Source: Trypanosoma brucei
Lineage: Eukaryota
Length of the DNA stretch: 64,000 bases
Assembly (NCBI GenBank): GCA_000002445.1
Contig: CP000067.1
Coordinates: forward strand, 224,001 to 288,000
Reading direction: 5' to 3'
The first letter of the stretch is position 1. Every line of letters starts with the position of its first letter. Positions 1 to 9,777 of the stretch are shown here, piece by piece. Below the pieces are notes generated by a model. The model was not told the DNA's origin, made no database searches, and saw only the letters and a list, made by a program, of their open reading frames with translations. The translations under genes and the position numbers were made by a program.

Positions 1-3000
1 TTGCCGTTAAGAGCCAACAGTCGAGCGCCAACAGGGACACCTGCTAGAGCTCCGGGACCGCCAGGCTCCAGGTGCGACACTACAACGTCCCCACTTACTT
101 CATCGTAGTTAATGCCGAACTTGCGCTCTTCGTTATCCCTTTCCACAACAAAAGTTAGCTTTTCCACCAAGAGTATCATTTCAGGATTTAACTTACCGCG
201 CTCCGACTCAATAAACTCAGCGAAGTCAAAAATTGCCTGCTTGATGTCGTTGGGAGAAACCTCTAGAGCACGTGTAAAGGCTTTAATTATAACCTCTTGT
301 TGTTGCGCGTTTAGTTTCCCAATAAACGCAGCAGCAGCAAAGGGAAAGAGATCGCGTGAAAGACCGGTATTGTCCGCAGCGAGCTGTGCTGTGCACCGCA
401 GCGGCTGAATGGGAGAATTTTTGAGCATCACAACGGAAGTGTTATGCAGCCAAGCCATCCACGATTGTTCACGTTTCTTCTTGTTAGCCACTGGCATCCT
501 GGATATGTTCTCGAGTAAGCTGTCATCAACCTGACAGTAACTCATGGCATTTTGGACCAGCTTTAGTATGCCCAAGTTTCGACTCAAGGTGGACTGAGAT
601 TCCTGTGCCTTGCTCGTGAACGAACGAAAGTTAAGAAGCAAATCCTCACCCTGAACGAAGCGAAAGTAGACGACGGTGTTGCCCTCCGAGTGTGTTACGG
701 ATATAACTTCAAAGTCATGATCCCCCAGTCGCAGGACCCTTTTCATCACCTGCTGGAAGTCCTCCTTTGATAGCGACGGCTGGTCGGAAACGAGTGTAAG
801 GGGAAGTTCAGGGTTGAGATTGTCGTGCCCACTGAGGGGGGCACGAGCCTTCAACAAACCATCTGCTGCAGACTTTAACAAATTAGTGAACATATCCTCC
901 GGGAGTCCACACTGCTGCACAAGACGCTGTATGGGTTTAATGAAACGCCTTGCGGGGCGCTGCACGATGCCCACAAGAAATGCAAGCGTACGGAGACCCA
1001 TCTCCATCTCATCTTGGCAATCGGATTCTTCAATGTACCAAGTAATAGTGTGAATGATTTGCGAACAAAAATCCTTCATGAGCAGAGGTTGCTTCGCCAT
1101 GATTTGGTTGAGGAACTCAAAGCAGGCCGTATTCACCTCCTTCTTCTTTAGACCGGGTACGTTCGGTGTGGCTGCGTCTGCTGGCTCAATACACCCAAGT
1201 ACATGGGGTAACAACACCTGAAAATCCCTCTCGTGCAGTATGGCTAAGAACGAGTCGAGTGACTTCACAGCGCGGACAACCAAAGCAAGATCTCTCTTAT
1301 CCTGCAGGAGCCGCTGATGGATAAACTCCACAGCCCATCGGTGGTCGCGCATTTCCTCCGGTGACAGTCCCCGACCCACTCGATCTAGCAACTCCACCAC
1401 ACCTGCATTGAGAGGTTTTTGTGAGGCCTGGGGAAGCAAACAAAAAAGCCGGACAGACTTCAAAAGTTCCAATCCTGTGCTTGCAGGGATAACGTCTTTG
1501 AACCGCTGCAAGAGAGTGGCAAGGTCAGACATTAAAAGTAAAATTACTTCGTACAGATGCACCTTCTCGGGGTCTGCAAGCCAAGCCTGCAGTTGTGGTA
1601 GGAACTGTGTGAGAAGCATCGCCTTTTGTCTTCCTGGTACCTCATGTATCATCGAATGAATGACAGAAATGACACTGGCTTGTTGTTCAACATCCGCAGA
1701 ATGCTGAAGGGTTTTCACTAACAAGTAGAGGACGATGCACGGATATCGCTCGTCCATGTGCAGATGAATACGCAGTCGTGGCTTGTAAAGGGCCAATGCA
1801 GGTGTCGCAACCTCTTCCTCCTCTGCTATCTCACCCTCTTGTAGTGCCTTCACAATGTATCTAGCCTTCGTCGGGTCGACGGCTCCAATGACACTCAGAC
1901 ACTTCATGGCAGAGTAAATCACAGCCTCACTTTCCTCCGCTTCACCACGTATAATCCGTGAGAGCGCGCGGTATACACTCACATGGGTAGATTGCTCAGT
2001 AATGGGAACAGTGGCCAAAATTGAGCAAAGTGCCTCAATTGCAGCCTTCCGCCGAGTCGACGAAGTACTCCCATTAACAATGGCAAGAACAGGCTGAATA
2101 AGTTGTTTCGCATCACAATGGTTCCGTGGACCAGAATGATCCAGAACGGCTCTCAACAGATTCAACAGTGCAACAGAAAGACTCTTTGAGACAAACGGCT
2201 GTTTTTCTAGTCTTCTTAACACTGATGTCTCAACTGTACTAGGGGACAGAAGTATCGTTCCATTTTCCGCCGCCATTTGCAGGAGAAAGGCGTGATAAAC
2301 TGTCGAGGAGATAGAGCCATCCTTTACATCAATCTCTCGCAACATGTACTCTTGAAGCTGCAACAACTGTGCATGCAAAATGTCAGGCTGTAAAGAATGG
2401 AGTCTGTACAGTAACAACATGGCCTGATCCCGCACACCACGGCAGACGTCATTACGGGACATAAATAAAGCATCTATGTTGTCCAGTTGGACGAGATATG
2501 GCTCAAACACGGGCGAGAGCCTTTTCAGAGTATAGTAGCGTATTTCCATTTGCCTGTCCGTCACCGCAACGTCAAGCAGGCTCTCTACGGCAATTTTAAC
2601 CCTACTGTTCAGTTGCGTAATAGTGGCGTCTACATGGCTCCCTTGGCAACTTCCCCCCTTGTCGGGAGACAGAAGAACCTCACAAAGACTAACGACTGTG
2701 CCGACAGCCGCACGTCTGACATCAGTGTGTTTGTGAAATACAAGACCAACCGCGCTCTCAAGTGCCTCAGTGTATCGTAGTGTTTCGAGGAAAGAGAGGG
2801 ATCGCACCAAGACATCGACGTCACTATCGGGTGAGAGATCAATATTGCACTCTTCGAGCCAATCCACATTGGATGGGGCGCGATTCCCCATGAAATGAAG
2901 AAGTGCAGCAACCTTCTCGACGCTGTTGAGCACATCGGCTCGCTCAAGCAAATCATACACCCCAAAAACACATTGCTCTCCACATTGAGTTCGCAAATAG

Positions 3001-4160
3001 TCAAGTATTTCAAAAGCTAGTTGATTAAAAGGAGATTTCGCTATGAAGTCACTCACAGCGTCGACAGTGAGCACTGCATGCGACTCGATATTATTGAGGG
3101 ATTTGATAACACTTCTAAAAGTGGTGAGTGCGCTTAAGGCAACAGCCTCGTCGCCACCAGAGATGTAGGACAAAAGATTTTTCATGACCAAATCGTACAA
3201 TTTTTCGTCCTTGACTAAAAGGGGAAGAATTTTTCCCGTTGCGCGTGCGGCCCTAACACGAACGTCCTCGGTGTATACCCTCCAGTCACGTTGCACCACG
3301 AAGGAAGCAACAGCTTCTAGCGACCACGGCACAGTCTGCAAAGTAGAAGATGCCGATATTGCGTCAATTACCGTTAAGAGTCCGGTTATGTGTTTTTCCT
3401 CAGTTGCTGACGATAAGTGAGACGTCATGGTGCTGGCCATCTGCTCCGCCATTGAGGCGGTCACCTCAATACAGTGACTTTCCGCGATGTTAACAAGGAG
3501 ACGTGTTAGTGCTTGGCGGTGCCAATTATCGTTACTTTCCATGATTTCGTGTATGAGACAAGGTGGCGAGCAGGGTGTGTTCAGCAGGTCCAAAAGAGCA
3601 GGACTCCGCTTGATCACCACAGCCCCTGCATCCACCATGGTGGCAACCGTTTGGCAACCTACAGCCTTAGCACGAGTAACCGAGCTGGACTGCATTGTGG
3701 TAATGGCTCGCCCAAAATGCTTCCCAAGAAGGTCAGATGTGGAGCGCACATTTTCCCTTAGCACCTCTCCCATTTCCTGCAAAATGGTGTTGCAATCCGC
3801 CTCGTTTGTTGTCTCACAAACCTTCCGTACGAGAAGAGTAAAACATCTACACCTCAATTCGTGTGGGTCCCCCAAATGTACATCAAACACGACACGAAGA
3901 GATTTGACCCCTTTGCTAATTGAAACACCGAAAGTGTCGCACAACAGTTGGAAAATATAGTCGATCAAACAATGTTCACTCAGCTCCAGTGCATGCGCCA
4001 CGAGGATATCGAGCAGCGCGGAAAGGCACTCCTCTACACGACGGGGGCGGTCATCAGGTGCGTTCTGAAGGTTTGAAAATACTAGTCCAAACTGGCGTGT
4101 AAGTGCAGAAGCACTGTCACCGAAAGGCCTTGATGACCTCGGACTCTCTATATTTGACAT
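1..4160 (-). CDS. ARM/HEAT-repeat protein with PDZ-like domain. Partial: N-terminus at 4160, C-terminus beyond the left window edge.
   Basis: The minus-strand frame is open from the ATG at 4158-4160 to nt 1. The other two minus frames are stop-rich, and the ORF track lists no competing long ORFs in 1-4160. The hand translation is protein-like throughout, with repeated amphipathic helical segments. Near nt 1-120 there is a PDZ-like segment, GDVVVSHLEPGGPGALAGVPVGARLLALNG. Confidence 0.6.
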   Translation of the reverse strand, partial: MSNIESPRSSRPFGDSASALTRQFGLVFSNLQNAPDDRPRRVEECLSALLDILVAHALELSEHCLIDYIFQLLCDTFGVSISKGVKSLRVVFDVHLGDPHELRCRCFTLLVRKVCETTNEADCNTILQEMGEVLRENVRSTSDLLGKHFGRAITTMQSSSVTRAKAVGCQTVATMVDAGAVVIKRSPALLDLLNTPCSPPCLIHEIMESNDNWHRQALTRLLVNIAESHCIEVTASMAEQMASTMTSHLSSATEEKHITGLLTVIDAISASSTLQTVPWSLEAVASFVVQRDWRVYTEDVRVRAARATGKILPLLVKDEKLYDLVMKNLLSYISGGDEAVALSALTTFRSVIKSLNNIESHAVLTVDAVSDFIAKSPFNQLAFEILDYLRTQCGEQCVFGVYDLLERADVLNSVEKVAALLHFMGNRAPSNVDWLEECNIDLSPDSDVDVLVRSLSFLETLRYTEALESAVGLVFHKHTDVRRAAVGTVVSLCEVLLSPDKGGSCQGSHVDATITQLNSRVKIAVESLLDVAVTDRQMEIRYYTLKRLSPVFEPYLVQLDNIDALFMSRNDVCRGVRDQAMLLLYRLHSLQPDILHAQLLQLQEYMLREIDVKDGSISSTVYHAFLLQMAAENGTILLSPSTVETSVLRRLEKQPFVSKSLSVALLNLLRAVLDHSGPRNHCDAKQLIQPVLAIVNGSTSSTRRKAAIEALCSILATVPITEQSTHVSVYRALSRIIRGEAEESEAVIYSAMKCLSVIGAVDPTKARYIVKALQEGEIAEEEEVATPALALYKPRLRIHLHMDERYPCIVLYLLVKTLQHSADVEQQASVISVIHSMIHEVPGRQKAMLLTQFLPQLQAWLADPEKVHLYEVILLLMSDLATLLQRFKDVIPASTGLELLKSVRLFCLLPQASQKPLNAGVVELLDRVGRGLSPEEMRDHRWAVEFIHQRLLQDKRDLALVVRAVKSLDSFLAILHERDFQVLLPHVLGCIEPADAATPNVPGLKKKEVNTACFEFLNQIMAKQPLLMKDFCSQIIHTITWYIEESDCQDEMEMGLRTLAFLVGIVQRPARRFIKPIQRLVQQCGLPEDMFTNLLKSAADGLLKARAPLSGHDNLNPELPLTLVSDQPSLSKEDFQQVMKRVLRLGDHDFEVISVTHSEGNTVVYFRFVQGEDLLLNFRSFTSKAQESQSTLSRNLGILKLVQNAMSYCQVDDSLLENISRMPVANKKKREQSWMAWLHNTSVVMLKNSPIQPLRCTAQLAADNTGLSRDLFPFAAAAFIGKLNAQQQEVIIKAFTRALEVSPNDIKQAIFDFAEFIESERGKLNPEMILLVEKLTFVVERDNEERKFGINYDEVSGDVVVSHLEPGGPGALAGVPVGARLLALNG

Positions 4161-4896
4161 TCGGCTCCAGCAGAAATGAGTACCCACAAGCAGAAATATG
4201 TATATGTGAGCGCTAACAAGCAAAGACAAAAGAACAGAGGGTCACTAAGACCTCTGCGTGTTCTCCCCTTCGTTCCCTACTCGAAACCTTACTTGCCAAC
4301 AACTGCCTCCCTCCCTTTATTCTTCCTCACCAACTCTTTGCTCCACTCACACCCTATGGGATGTCAGCGTCTCAGCTCCTCCGAGAGCCACAACCGCGAC
4401 CTCCCTCCTACCAGCAACGCAGAACGGGGAAGGGAGAAATTGTCACGGAACGAAACCAAGACGACAGCACCAAGCAAAGTTTAGAAAGTAATAAGTTATC
4501 CGAATAGAAACAACAACGGCATGAGTTTCATCGTAAAACCATAGAAGAAAATACGGAAGCACAAACACGCACGCATATCGGCATCCATGGTGCTGTTAGC
4601 TAACAATGCCGTTCACACTACATGAGCGCTATACACAAACCCGCACACAATCAAACACAATTAGACCAACAATCTGCTGCGTACTCTCCCTCAACGGCTG
4701 TAGCACTCCTCCGTTTACGAGGTCGCGACACATATAACAAGTAGCAAAACAGTTCATGACAAACATGAAAATTAAGAAGATGTCATAGAAGTTATCAACC
4801 GCAGGCGGCACCGGCGGCACTAAGGCAGCGGTGACGGTGATGCTTATTCAGCCGAATTGTTCGTAAAGAGCGGTGAATAAGAGAAGGTGGATTCGA

Positions 4897-6348
4897 TCAT
4901 ACGGTCGTTAATGAGGTCTCATTTGAAGAGTTTCCACGCGGCACATTCAACGCGAACGTAATCGACTCACTGGTAACGTTCAGCAACGGTTCTGTGGTGT
5001 TATCAAAAATCGTTATCGTTGAGATTTTCTCGTTGACCGCAGGGATTACCTTGTCTCTGAGCTCCCTCGAAAGTATGTCGTTCAGCGTGAGCTGATCAAT
5101 CGCTCCAATATTTGAAGTTTCTACATCAATCGCCAGGTCAAGCAAATCCATTTCCAAAGGGATGGCACCGCTGGAGTCAAAATAAAGGCTTGACAGAGAA
5201 ACTGTCGTGTTACACAGTAGTCTCATCGCGGGAATGGGATCACCTTCAGGGGGTTTCATTTCCAACGCCAGTCGGATGCCTAAAAGATGGAGAATGAGGC
5301 TATCCAAACCTACGGGTTCCAAATGCACCGCAGTCTCCGCCTTAACTGAAACCATGAAGGGGCAATCTGGACAGAGAAGGTAAGCCTCGGGGTACATGGC
5401 ACTTATCAAAGAGGTGTTAAACTCCTGGGCGAACTTTTTGGTAAATTTCACAATACTTTTATTAACGAGAGGGACCAAGACAGTGTTTACAGCAGTAAAG
5501 GAAGCAACTACACCGAAGCTTCTTTCGGGAAAGGGCACGTCAAGTAGAGGAGTCTTGGCGGACGAATTCGACCCCCCTCCCGGGGATGGAGCAACAATTG
5601 TCACCAAAACCTGCAACTCCCCATCGGTAATTTTCGGGCTTTCTGGGAAAACAAGAGGTGCTGTGGCAATAAAATCGTTCAATTTTTCTTCCAGTGGACC
5701 CATTGCCGCCCGTGGAATCTCCCCCTGCAGGTTGCCCATAATGCTTCCCTCCTGCTGTTTAATGAATTTGATTATAAAGTTATCGAACACCATGCACCAA
5801 TTGACCAACTTTGGCGTTAAGTTTAACTTGGCGAACCGAACGTTCATATCGTCAACGGTTATCTTCAGTTTTTCGTCATCATCTACGGAAAGGCCCAACA
5901 CAAGGGAAGCGCTAGAAACCGCAACTGATGCTCGGACCTTCCCTCTACATGAGGTAATCACCAAACTCTTGCTGAAGGTTGTGTCCTCCGCGTCTGCAAC
6001 GATATCAGTCACATTCAACACAAGCTTGTTCGGATGCTTTATTTCGAGGGAAATGTTTCCGATTTTTATGCCAGTAATGGGAATATCACCCAACTGAATG
6101 CCATTTACCTCCCGTGACGGAATAGTGTACTTACCGAGCATATTATTTACCATCTTAACTACGGTAGGCATGATGTTGGCAATGGCCGTGTCGTTGACTA
6201 CCAGTGCGACGTCCCCAGAGGGAAATGGTTCACCAGAGAGTTCAATGGAGCCAGCGTCGCTCCCCGTCGGAAGGGCAATGATGCGACCCAATGACTGTGA
6301 CACATGGTAGAACAGTGTCACATACAGCAAAAGGAACAACTTCGGCAT
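4897..6348 (-). CDS. Hypothetical secreted glycoprotein-like protein: N-terminal signal peptide, about 12 N-glycosylation sequons, beta-rich.
   Basis: 483-aa ORF. The N-terminus MPKLFLLLYVTLFYHVSQSLG is hydrophobic and signal-peptide-like. There are many NxT/S sequons (NDT, NIS, NVT, NLT, NSS, NTT, NET). Alternating hydrophobic beta-strand-like periodicity. No C-terminal hydrophobic tail. Confidence 0.55.
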   Translation of the reverse strand: MPKLFLLLYVTLFYHVSQSLGRIIALPTGSDAGSIELSGEPFPSGDVALVVNDTAIANIMPTVVKMVNNMLGKYTIPSREVNGIQLGDIPITGIKIGNISLEIKHPNKLVLNVTDIVADAEDTTFSKSLVITSCRGKVRASVAVSSASLVLGLSVDDDEKLKITVDDMNVRFAKLNLTPKLVNWCMVFDNFIIKFIKQQEGSIMGNLQGEIPRAAMGPLEEKLNDFIATAPLVFPESPKITDGELQVLVTIVAPSPGGGSNSSAKTPLLDVPFPERSFGVVASFTAVNTVLVPLVNKSIVKFTKKFAQEFNTSLISAMYPEAYLLCPDCPFMVSVKAETAVHLEPVGLDSLILHLLGIRLALEMKPPEGDPIPAMRLLCNTTVSLSSLYFDSSGAIPLEMDLLDLAIDVETSNIGAIDQLTLNDILSRELRDKVIPAVNEKISTITIFDNTTEPLLNVTSESITFALNVPRGNSSNETSLTTV

Positions 6349-6925
6349 GGGTGCAGTGGCAACAAAGCTTCTGTAAATTTCTTCTGTGACACACTATTCA
6401 ATGGGCAGATTGGGGGGGTGGGGGGGCACCTCAGTTACACAATCAGAGCTGCCCTATTAATCAACTGATAATAAGAAAAACAACGGAGGGCGAAGTGAAA
6501 GTACTTGCGCATAGGCCGCTAACCGCAAGAAATGCTGTCGATATATATGTGTGTACGTATGTATGAACACTTGCGTCCGCAACTTGCGTTACCATGCACT
6601 GGAGAGCGCGCCACAAAAAAAAAGACAAACCTTCACAAACATGCAAAAACCTTTATTGTACAACGTTGGTGATCCAAGTACAAACAATACAAAAAGTCGT
6701 TAGCTTTCCCCACACTAAGTCTTTCTCTTGACTTTGATAAGCTGGAAACCTCACCATACTTACTATACTTACAACCCCCCCCCCGTAGTTCTTCCACTAT
6801 CCCTCCATGTGCGTCACGGAAAACTGATATACGCACTTACAAAACGTAGAAACGAGCAAAAATCCATACCCCCAAACAACGTTCAACACACAAACGAGTG
6901 AGGGCTGAACCAGCGATAACTCTAC

Positions 6926-8071
6926 TTAACTTCCAGATGCGGGGAAAGGACGCTGGCCTCCATAGCAACGCTGCGTAAATACACTTTGAGGTGAATAACG
7001 AAGCCCCCTGCTATGTATGGAATACAAGTTGTTGACAAGAGGATCAGTCACAGAGAGTTGGGGATTTATGGGGATCACAAGCTCGACGAGTCCGGAGTCA
7101 ACAGAAAGCAGTTGGGCGACATCACCACCCCTTTCACCAGCCGACCTCAACCTGGATGCGATACGGCGCAGAACACCGGCGACGAACCGCAGTGTGTCGT
7201 CGGAATTAGCGGGTTGGACATAATCCTCAACAAGTATGCTGTGCCGCGGCTGTCGGTGTACAGAAAGCGGGTTATTTTCAAGGCACAGCACTCGATCCAA
7301 AGGCCGACCCAGTAATGAGAGGTCCTTCACGCCCCCACAGTCCTCCTTGAACCAGCGGTGGTGACGAGAAATAATATGATGGTACCAGGCACGCCTCTGC
7401 ACAACCGTCGTTATCGCTTGCACTAACTCATTAACGTGGGAAGCGGTTCCAGCTGACCAAACCACAACTTCACAACCCTCCTCATGACAGACGTCGAACA
7501 GCTCCTTCAGGTGCGGTCGCAAGTGAGCACAACCACCCCGAGCGGCAACAAGTGTCTCATCCAAGTCAACAACAAAACACAATGGCGCGCCCGGGGGACC
7601 TCCACCCTGCGGGAGTAGCACTCCTTTTCTTTTCCCTTGAGAGCGACGGGTGGAAACTCGGCGCACCGGTGGCGCCGTAACTTCTTTTCGTGAGCGCCGC
7701 CTGCGGTCCTCTACGGTGTAAAGCGAGCAAAAAAGAAAGGGCCGTAGTTCCTGCAAAATGCTCATGTTGCCGTCATCGTCATCATAGTCACTAGAGTCGG
7801 AGCTCTCCAGCAGGGCGTCTTGAATAACATCGTTAATAACATCGAAATCAGACAACTCAGAGCTTTCATCGTCATCGCTGCATGAAAATGCGCTACCTGC
7901 TATTGTAACGTAAGAGGACTGAGGCGAGCGCACAGGAGAGGTGGGTTCGTCCCCACGAAAGCTCCTACTTTGTCTTGTTTGCCGTCTAACTGCAATTCGG
8001 TTCCTCCTTTCACCACGGTAGCGCGAAGGGGAACCCGTTGTGGAGGGTCTCTTCCTACACTTCCTGCTCAT
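6926..8071 (-). CDS. FCP1/SCP-like (NIF domain) protein phosphatase, HAD superfamily.
   Basis: 381-aa ORF. The motifs VVDLDETLV (DxDxT/V catalytic motif), VVVWSAG and KDLSLLGRPLDRVLCLENNP match the CTD-phosphatase-like NIF domain. Acidic Ser/Asp-rich N-terminal region. Confidence 0.75.
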   Translation of the reverse strand: MSRKCRKRPSTTGSPSRYRGERRNRIAVRRQTRQSRSFRGDEPTSPVRSPQSSYVTIAGSAFSCSDDDESSELSDFDVINDVIQDALLESSDSSDYDDDDGNMSILQELRPFLFCSLYTVEDRRRRSRKEVTAPPVRRVSTRRSQGKRKGVLLPQGGGPPGAPLCFVVDLDETLVAARGGCAHLRPHLKELFDVCHEEGCEVVVWSAGTASHVNELVQAITTVVQRRAWYHHIISRHHRWFKEDCGGVKDLSLLGRPLDRVLCLENNPLSVHRQPRHSILVEDYVQPANSDDTLRFVAGVLRRIASRLRSAGERGGDVAQLLSVDSGLVELVIPINPQLSVTDPLVNNLYSIHSRGLRYSPQSVFTQRCYGGQRPFPASGS

Positions 8072-8653
8072 ACAGTTGTTTCAACGGCAAATACTCACAG
8101 TGACACCGGTTCCAGTCCTTCTCCGTGCCCCGCTCCCCCCCCCCTGCGGTCACTATTAGCTTTTGCTAATGCAGAGAAGTTTACTCTTTTCTCTTGTTTT
8201 GCCTCGCTTCTACGCTCCTAAGGAACAAAGTGAGGGGGGAAAAAACGCTCACTTAGTTGTGTGGCGCTGACTTAAGCCGACCTTCGACAATGTATTGCTG
8301 AACACTCCAAACAGCTCCCCACTGCCTCCATTCGACAATCGTTTTCTGTCCTTCTTTTCCTGCGAAGTAATAAATGAAGCTGAAGTACAATTAAGCAAGT
8401 ACATAACTTTATGTACCCACCCATCCGTTCACAGGAACGCGCACGCAAACACGCATATGACCAAACCGCAGGGGAGGAAAAACAAAAAAAAACAAGCTCC
8501 TTCTTTTCTTTTGTCAGTCACCGCCGCAGCCGTCAGACATAAAAACGAAAACCCAACCCTTAGTACCACACTCCTCTTTCCGGGCAAAACGTGGTAAATG
8601 AATGGACAACATGTGACGTAAGACAAAACAAAACGAGCGCATCATCGAAAGTT

Positions 8654-8695
8654 AATAATAATGATAACGATAATGATAATGATAATTACAGTGGT
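8654..8695. repeat. Imperfect (GATAAT)n minisatellite.
   Basis: aataataatgataacgataatgataatgataattac, in the intergenic region / 3' UTR downstream of the Cx9C gene. Confidence 0.8.
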
Positions 8696-8772
8696 TATTG
8701 TGGTAACCTCAGGTTGATACAGCTCTGTGTGGGAACGAAAGGAGAGAAACCTACAGCTTTTACATGTCTCGG

Positions 8773-9063
8773 TTACGACACAATGCCTTCCTCCTCCAAC
8801 TCCCTCCGCTTGATGCGTTCATTTCGGGCCTCTATTTTCTTTTGATCCTCCGTTGCAACATCGTATGGGTTGCCGCGTAAACGGTACCGCGGGTTTACGG
8901 CATTCACCTTGCATAAGGTCCAATTCCGCCGTTCCATGAAGCATTCACTAGCAGCTACACAATCCTCCACACTTTGCTTCTCTTCAAAGCATTTCGTTGA
9001 GACTATACATTCAATCAAGGCATTCTTGGGGCGCCAACAGATGCTTTTGTTCTCCTTTTCCAT
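8773..9063 (-). CDS. Small CHCH-type cysteine-motif protein with three tandem Cx9C motifs. Probable mitochondrial intermembrane-space protein.
   Basis: Start trimmed to MEKENKS (ATG at 9061-9063); the longer ORF reaching 9255 adds only a Phe/Leu-rich extension from the polypyrimidine tract. Cysteine pattern C-x9-C-x5-C-x9-C-x5-C-x9-C: CWRPKNALIEC, CFEEKQSVEDC, CFMERRNWTLC. Confidence 0.6.
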   Translation of the reverse strand: MEKENKSICWRPKNALIECIVSTKCFEEKQSVEDCVAASECFMERRNWTLCKVNAVNPRYRLRGNPYDVATEDQKKIEARNERIKRRELEEEGIVS

Positions 9064-9777
9064 GAATGAGTCACCTTGGCTCACGAAATAATTGGCGACC
9101 AGGTGCAACAAAAAAAAAGGAAGAGCAGTCAAGTAAAGGAGAAAAAAAAGTGAGTGAACGAGTAGAAAGTAATCAAATATTGACGAAAAAAGACAACCAG
9201 CTGCGAAACAAAGAAGCAGGTGCGAGGTACGAGTGAAAAAGTGGCAACAAACCATTGGATAAACGGATAAATGAGCAAGCGCTCAACCCCTTGAAGGACG
9301 GCAGAATATCACACAAACAGTTCTCCGCGAGGTCGATACGACGTTTATCAGTAGGAGGGAATGGTGTACTGAGAAAGCGGTTAAGATAGTAAACAACAAC
9401 AACACATAAAACAAAACTTTCCGGAAACATGAAACATTCCGCAGAATAATCATTCGGTTGCCGACACGAAATCTCATCCCCGCGTGCCGAGTTGCACTTG
9501 AAAAATAAAAAGTAACGAAACGCCAACAAGAATAACGCAGTGTTGACAACGGAGAAAGGGGGAAAAGAAAAAAACACCGTAGACTGAGCTGTGGAGAAGG
9601 AGGGAGTAGAGAACAACGAAAAACGCAAGCGGGAGAAGAGAAAGGAGATAAAAAGAAGGAGGAAAGCGCGTTACTAACCACAACAACAGGATTCTTTACT
9701 GCCACGGAATGGGCACGCCTTGACGCGTTTTGCCCACAACATAATTGAAGCTCCTCCTTCCTCCTCCTCTCTTTCCA

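Noticed and set aside
5396-6097. 233-aa plus-strand ORF.
   Set aside because: It lies entirely inside the 483-aa minus-strand gene. It has Ser/Thr/Leu-rich shadow-ORF composition with no motif. It is an antisense frame of a real gene.
9173-9705. Overlapping minus-strand ORFs of 151 aa and 140 aa.
   Set aside because: They are two frames of the same Phe/Leu/Ser-rich stretch, which is the translated polypyrimidine spacer between the Cx9C gene and the kinase gene. The same pattern is seen at 43839-44207, 48200-48739 and 51836-52383.
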